Source: Reclinomonas americana ATCC 50394 (lineage: Eukaryota). Taken from it: a DNA stretch of 57,153 nt. Below, one piece after another: positions 51,830 through 57,153 of this stretch (the first letter of the stretch is position 1; each line of letters begins with the position of its first letter). The notes under the pieces are model-generated. The model saw nothing but the letters and a program-made list of their open reading frames with translations, was not told the DNA's origin and did not search any database. The stretch is taken from positions 30,869 through 88,021 of the forward strand of contig PS015023.1 of NCBI GenBank assembly GCA_048213135.1, read 5' to 3'. Position numbers and translations under genes: made by a program.

Positions 51830-54099
51830 CTACAACAGCGTGCAAAACGAGCCCGGCGGCTTGCGTATCGGCTCCATCGACACGAGCACCACACTCTCGA
51901 ACACGGCATCCACGCCTTGGCCAGTCTTGGAGCTGCAGAGATAACAGTGAGACAACAATGCGAGTCACCCTTCTCGCGCTCTTCGCAACGCACCTGCACT
52001 CCATGTACTTGGCGGCCTTCATCCGCTTGGACAGTGCCAGACCCTCGGCAAACGAAATATGTCTGCGGTTCCCGTCTTCGCGCAAATCGCCTGTGACGCG
52101 GGTGGAGGTGTGTAAGAACGCGATACTGGTAGTACGGAAAAATGGATGCATTTGTCGCTCACACTTGGTGCCGACCACCACGATTGGCACGCCCTGGCAG
52201 TGATGACTGATCTCACGGTACCTGCGTCCAACAGTCAGGCCCTCCGTGGAGCATATTAACACAGGTATTTTTGTACGAACCACTTGGTGCCGAGGTTGTC
52301 GAAGCTGTCCTTGTTGTTCTGCGGTCGTGGGGGAAGGGGGAGTAGTGAGCAATCGACGATTGGAAGAGAAGGTGCTACCAAGAGGAAAGACAGAGAGAGA
52401 AACCCGGGGAGAGAGGGGGGTAAGAGAGCATGAGAGAGAATGAGAGAAGACAGCAGAGAAAGACGGAGGGAGAGAGAGAGAGGATGAGCAAGAGAATGAG
52501 AAAAAGAGCGGGCAAGAGAGCAAGAGAAAAGAGACAGGGCAAGAGGGAGAGAAGCAGAGAAACCCGGGGAGAGAGGGGGCAAGAGAGAAAGAGGGAGGGA
52601 TAGAGAGTGGGGAGGCAAGGGAGGAAGAACAAGAGAGAAAGAATGTGTGTGTGAGAGAGAGAAAGAGAGCAAGAAAACAGAGACTGAGAATCGCCCTCCA
52701 GACGCACCACAGAAAAGCACATGAGGATGACCTTGGCGCCCGGATACTGCGCGTACACACTTTTCGTGAGAGCGATGCAACATAGACCACGCGACGAGGG
52801 AAGGACGCCAAACCGAGAGTGGTCGCAGCCGATCATACTCCTCTTGGCCGGCCGTATCCTGGTCAGCAAGTGCATGCGTTAGTTTCTTCCACAAACTCTG
52901 CCTGTACTTCCACTGATCTCGCAAATGACTCTCGCGAAAGCGATCCCTCATGGCACACTCCTGCATCGTTCCCTTCTCTCGTGATCTCCGGCAAGTGACA
53001 GCGCACGAGAACGTTGTGTGAGCATGTGAGCTGCTAACGCCTCACTTTCCCAAGTCAATGCAGCCACGTCAGTCTTTCCCTCCCGACTGTCGATCGTCGT
53101 CACGCGGTTCACATTAACACAGCGCACAATCATCTCTCAGCAGCCCCCTCTCGTCGTGCCATCAGCTCAAGTCTTCCCCTATGCCTGCATCTCCCTCTTG
53201 ACTCTCGCACTCAAGCGACAGCAAAGCATACCAGGAGAGCATCTCAACTGCCCACGCCTCATCGCGCGAACGCATGATCATCTCTACGAATCGTCGCACT
53301 GCATCTCCCGATCGCCGACAAGCGACAGCACACTAGCACACCAGGAGAGCATCTGGACTGTACATGCCTCGTCGTGCAGACGCAAACTCCCTGCCACGAA
53401 TCGTCGCACTGCATCTCACATGCCTGTATCTCCTTCTTCACTCTCGATCACCGACAAGCGACGGCACACCAGCACACCAGGAGAGCATCCCTCGACAGCC
53501 CACGCCCCATCGCGAAACCGCACGATCATCACTGCACATGCTCCACGAATCGTCTCACACGCCCACTTGAAAGACGATCACAGTCGCCAGCTCAGCGCAC
53601 AATAACCTCCCAGCTACCCACGCCTCTTGATAGTCAACCACAATCACGCCACTCCTTCTCACTCCCATCTCTGACAAGAAAAACGCCAACTGGCGTCCTC
53701 CGCCACGAGCTTTTTCTGTCTCCATCACTCACACAACACATCTCTCTTCCCCACCCAGCACACTCACCCACAAGTTCAACAGCTTGCCTTGAATGCTCCT
53801 CGTCACATTGCTGCACAATCACTCACGCAGTCACATCTCTGCCTCCCAAACACACACACACACACACTCTCTCTCTCCACGCGACGCAACTCAATCACAG
53901 TCGGCACATGTTCCTCAGGGAACGGCTTGCCAGTGAACACCGACACCAGTGATGTCTATGTGTGCGCGTGTTTGTGTGAGAGAGAAAGAGACAGAAAGAG
54001 TGGAGACAGTGAGGACACGCACACCTTTCCAACAGCACCATCACCGACGACAACACACTTGAGAGCACCCTCTCTGCTTCGTCCAGCTGCAGCGGCCAT
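51830..54099 (-). CDS. Rac-like Rho-family GTPase with canonical G-boxes, CAAX CTLL, 9 exons
   Basis: LKCVVVGDGAVGKTSL...FPEEHVPTVIDN...[32 protein letters not shown]...PIVVVGTKCDLRED...KYMECSSKTGQGVDAVF...FCTLL*. Confidence 0.94.
53150..53590. repeat. Intronic tandem repeat, about 3 units
   Basis: Repeated acaagcgac.gcacac.agcacaccaggagagcatc and acgaatcgtcgcactgcatctc. Confidence 0.8.
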
Positions 54100-54298
54100 G
54101 GCTTTCTCTCTCACACAGTTTGAGAACGAATCGTGATGATTGCGTCACGACACACAGGACAGATTCTTTTCGGATAATGTCAATGCTCATGTTTGTTTGT
54201 TTTGTTTAGCATCCCTGCTGGTTTTTTTCCACTCCACCTCCACCCCTTCCCTCTGTGTCTGTGTGGTCTTCTTCTGCGACTGTTAAAAATCGCTTTCT

Positions 54299-55018
54299 TC
54301 AGAGCAGCACACACTTGGTCTTGCCGGGCTTGGGCGGCTTGCCGCTCGGCTTGCCTCCCGACGGCGACGACGATGAGGGTGCGAGGATGCAGCGGATCAC
54401 AGCGTCGAAGACGTTCTTCACGTGGTCGCCCGTTCTGTGAGTGGAGGCGTCGTCAGATAAGCAGGGAAAGGGTGGCAATTATGAAGGAAAGAAGTCAGCT
54501 GTCTCTCTCTCCCTCGCTCTCGTTCTCTCTCTCCCCCACGCACAAGAACGCCCGCACAGATACTAGTAATATCCACAGGCTAGCGCGACACAGAGAAGCG
54601 TGCTGACATACAGCGCTCTTTCCCTCGCGAGTTGCGCACGAACACTCTCTTCCACTCTCGCCCACACAAGGAAAGAGTCTCAGCAGTAGCATCCGCAGGC
54701 AACACAACATAAAGAGCCGCCTTACACGCGCGCGAACACTCTCTCCTTTTCTCACGATCACAAAGGACGACGTACGCAGTAACATTCGCAGGCAAATGAA
54801 CACTTAACACACGCGAAGTACTTACTCTCTCTTCCTTTCCATTACACACAAACGTCCGCAGGAAACGCAGCACAATGAGCTCTCTCTCTCTCTCTCTCTC
54901 GCAAGAAAGTATGACGACCACACTGCCGCGAAGGCTAATGTTGACACCCACACACAAAAGCCCCCAGCGCACACGCACAAGCACACTCTCTCCGCAACAC
55001 AATGGGCTGCGTTCGTAG

Positions 55019-55069
<51 letters not shown>

Positions 55070-56309
55070 CAATTCACACTTCGTTTGCTCCGCCACTGCT
55101 TCATTCAGAATCTGGCCACGCCTCCCTCTCTCATCTCTCTCTCTCTCGCTCGCTCGCTCGCTCGCTCTCTCTATTATTCTTCCTCTTCTCAATCCCTCTA
55201 TCTCATTTGCCCTCTCACCAACTCCTTTGCCCTCTCACTGTTGCCCTCTCACCCTTTCCCTTTGCCCTCTCCCCCTTCCCCCTTCTCCCTCCTCACCTTC
55301 ACGAGCACCAACGACTCATGACCCGCGCCATCGAGGTTGCCAACCACACTCGGCGCCTCGACCACATTCTGGAACTCCAGCTGCATGGCCGGCACCAGGC
55401 TGCGCAGCATCTCCTGACGCATGAGGCACGACTGCGTGTTGGCCAGCAACTGCCGCATGGCACTCATGCCGCAGCTGCGCAGCACGGCGCGGATGCGACG
55501 GTGACGAATGGCCGTGCGCAGCTACAGATGCACACCCAGAATCAGCACGCTTTTCGACACACAGCGACATTCTCTCTCCCTCTTCTCTCTCCCTCCCTCT
55601 CCCTCCTTCTCTCTCACACACCCTTTTGACACTCTCTCCCCCCACCTCCTTCCCTGTCTCTCTCTCTCCCTCTCTTCCACACTAACCTGCGCAAGCGGCA
55701 CGGGACTGCCGATAAAGTTGACAACGTGGCGCCACACTTGACCGAACAAGTCCTCGTCACTGGCACCGGCACGACGCAGGCTGCGCCACGCCAGCGCCAC
55801 GGAACGCGCATGTCGCTGCTTGTCCGTGAGTTGCTCGACGCGGGACGCGGTAACCGACGGCGTGCTGGGCGTCTGCGACGTGGCCTGCACGAAGAAGAGA
55901 GAGAGTTCATACGCCGCACACAACAATTGCGATTTTACAGCCGCACACGCAACTGCCAGGAAGGGAGCCAGCTGACTGAAGAAGAGAGCCTTGTCGACGA
56001 CTTGCTCGCAAATGACCACGTACAAATCGCTGCACATAGATGTCAGGCAAACGAAAGAAACACACAATTTGCACACCACATCACTCAACGTCGGTGCCAC
56101 GGCCTCCTCTTCCTCCGTCAGCTTGCTGCGCGCTTGCTGGTAACGCTGCATGAGCCACTTTGGCAGCTTGCCGGCGACCAAACGCCAGCAACGCATGATT
56201 GCCTCGGACGGATGCGAATCAACGGCCGAGTAGCTGAACATGACGGCCTCGGAGAGCAGCTGATTGTGCTGCAGCACGGCGGCGAAGACGGCGCGGACGG
56301 CGGCGGAGA
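54299..56309 (-). CDS. 3' part of a helical protein (HERC2/ZZEF1-like segment), apparently ending in a Rho-type C-terminal exon (CAAX CVLL); 5' end not seen
   Basis: Exons SAAVRAVFAAVLQHNQLL..., LRTAIRHRRIRAVLRSCGMSAMRQLL..., ILNEAVAEQTK (55111-55080, phase 2), then 54434-54299 TGDHVKNVFDAVIRCIL...KPGKTKCVLL*. Confidence 0.6.
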
Positions 56310-56975
56310 CTGAGAAGGGAAAGAGTGGTCAACAACAGAGTGACGGAAGAGGGGGAGAGAGAGGGGAAGAGAGTGGATGAAAGCGAAGGAAGCGAATAGA
56401 GCAACGAAGAAAAAAGAGTTGCCTTGAACTGGAGAGAAGATAGGAGACGACATGCAATGAGCGAGAACAATGTACCAATTAAGGGGTGCTGGAAGATGTA
56501 AACAACGGACGCGAGGAGGTTGTGTGACGGTGCGAAGAGAGAAGGGTGATTCAAGAGGACACGATGTTGAGAAATGCAAACAACGGGCGTGAGGAAGAGG
56601 GACATGCGAATGTCAAAAGATGAATGCCAGGAATATGATGTGTAATGCAAAGAAGACGAGATGTGAATGATGAAAAAGATCGAGGAGAGTCTCTGGAACG
56701 ATTAGAGAAGAAAACAGAGAGACAGTTGTCTTGAACCCAACATTACACGCTGTTGAGAATCAGCAAAAACTGAAGTGAGTGAACAAGCAAGCGAGGGACA
56801 GCCAGACACGACGCGCGCGCACACACACGCACAACACACGCACACACACACACACAGAAAAACAGAACGAAAGGGAGACACAGAAAGACATAAATATATA
56901 TATATACACACACATGCACACGCAGAGAGAAAGACACACAAACAGAAAACAGAACGAAAGGGAGACACAGAAAGA

Positions 56976-57063
<88 letters not shown>

Positions 57064-57153
57064 CACACACACACGAGGAGGACGCGACACGACGAAGTAG
57101 TACGTACAACAACTAACGAAACGAAACTAAGTGACGACGTAACGTAACTAGTA

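Overview
Gene-dense, very intron-rich eukaryotic DNA. It is probably from a unicellular non-animal eukaryote (inference). The draft assembly has 8 N-gaps, and several gap edges carry TACG-run artefacts. The ORF track is mostly uninformative because exons are short, so I spliced genes by hand using GT-AG sites and frame continuity. About 21 genes are supported: two TMEM184-family genes plus a decayed third copy, calcineurin B, PTRHD1, PIGZ, a PPR protein, mitochondrial-type GluRS, a divergent CK1-group kinase, a BAF-like gene absent from the ORF track, a scramblase-like protein, a USP, three Rho paralogues, a NACHT-pentapeptide-WD40 gene and several orphans. Main observations: (1) a recurrent insertion signature XYZ -> XYZ-revcomp(XYZ)-XYZ, visible by aligning duplicates inside the window; (2) the BAF-like gene is head-to-head with a non-RD CK1/VRK-group kinase; (3) an NLR-like gene sits inside a cluster of increasingly degenerate Rho GTPases; (4) a Rho C-terminal CAAX exon appears to cap an unrelated helical protein; (5) a triplicated frame-shifting exon; (6) a GTTGCG donor class found only after non-G exon ends. 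All family calls come from motif recognition, not database searches.
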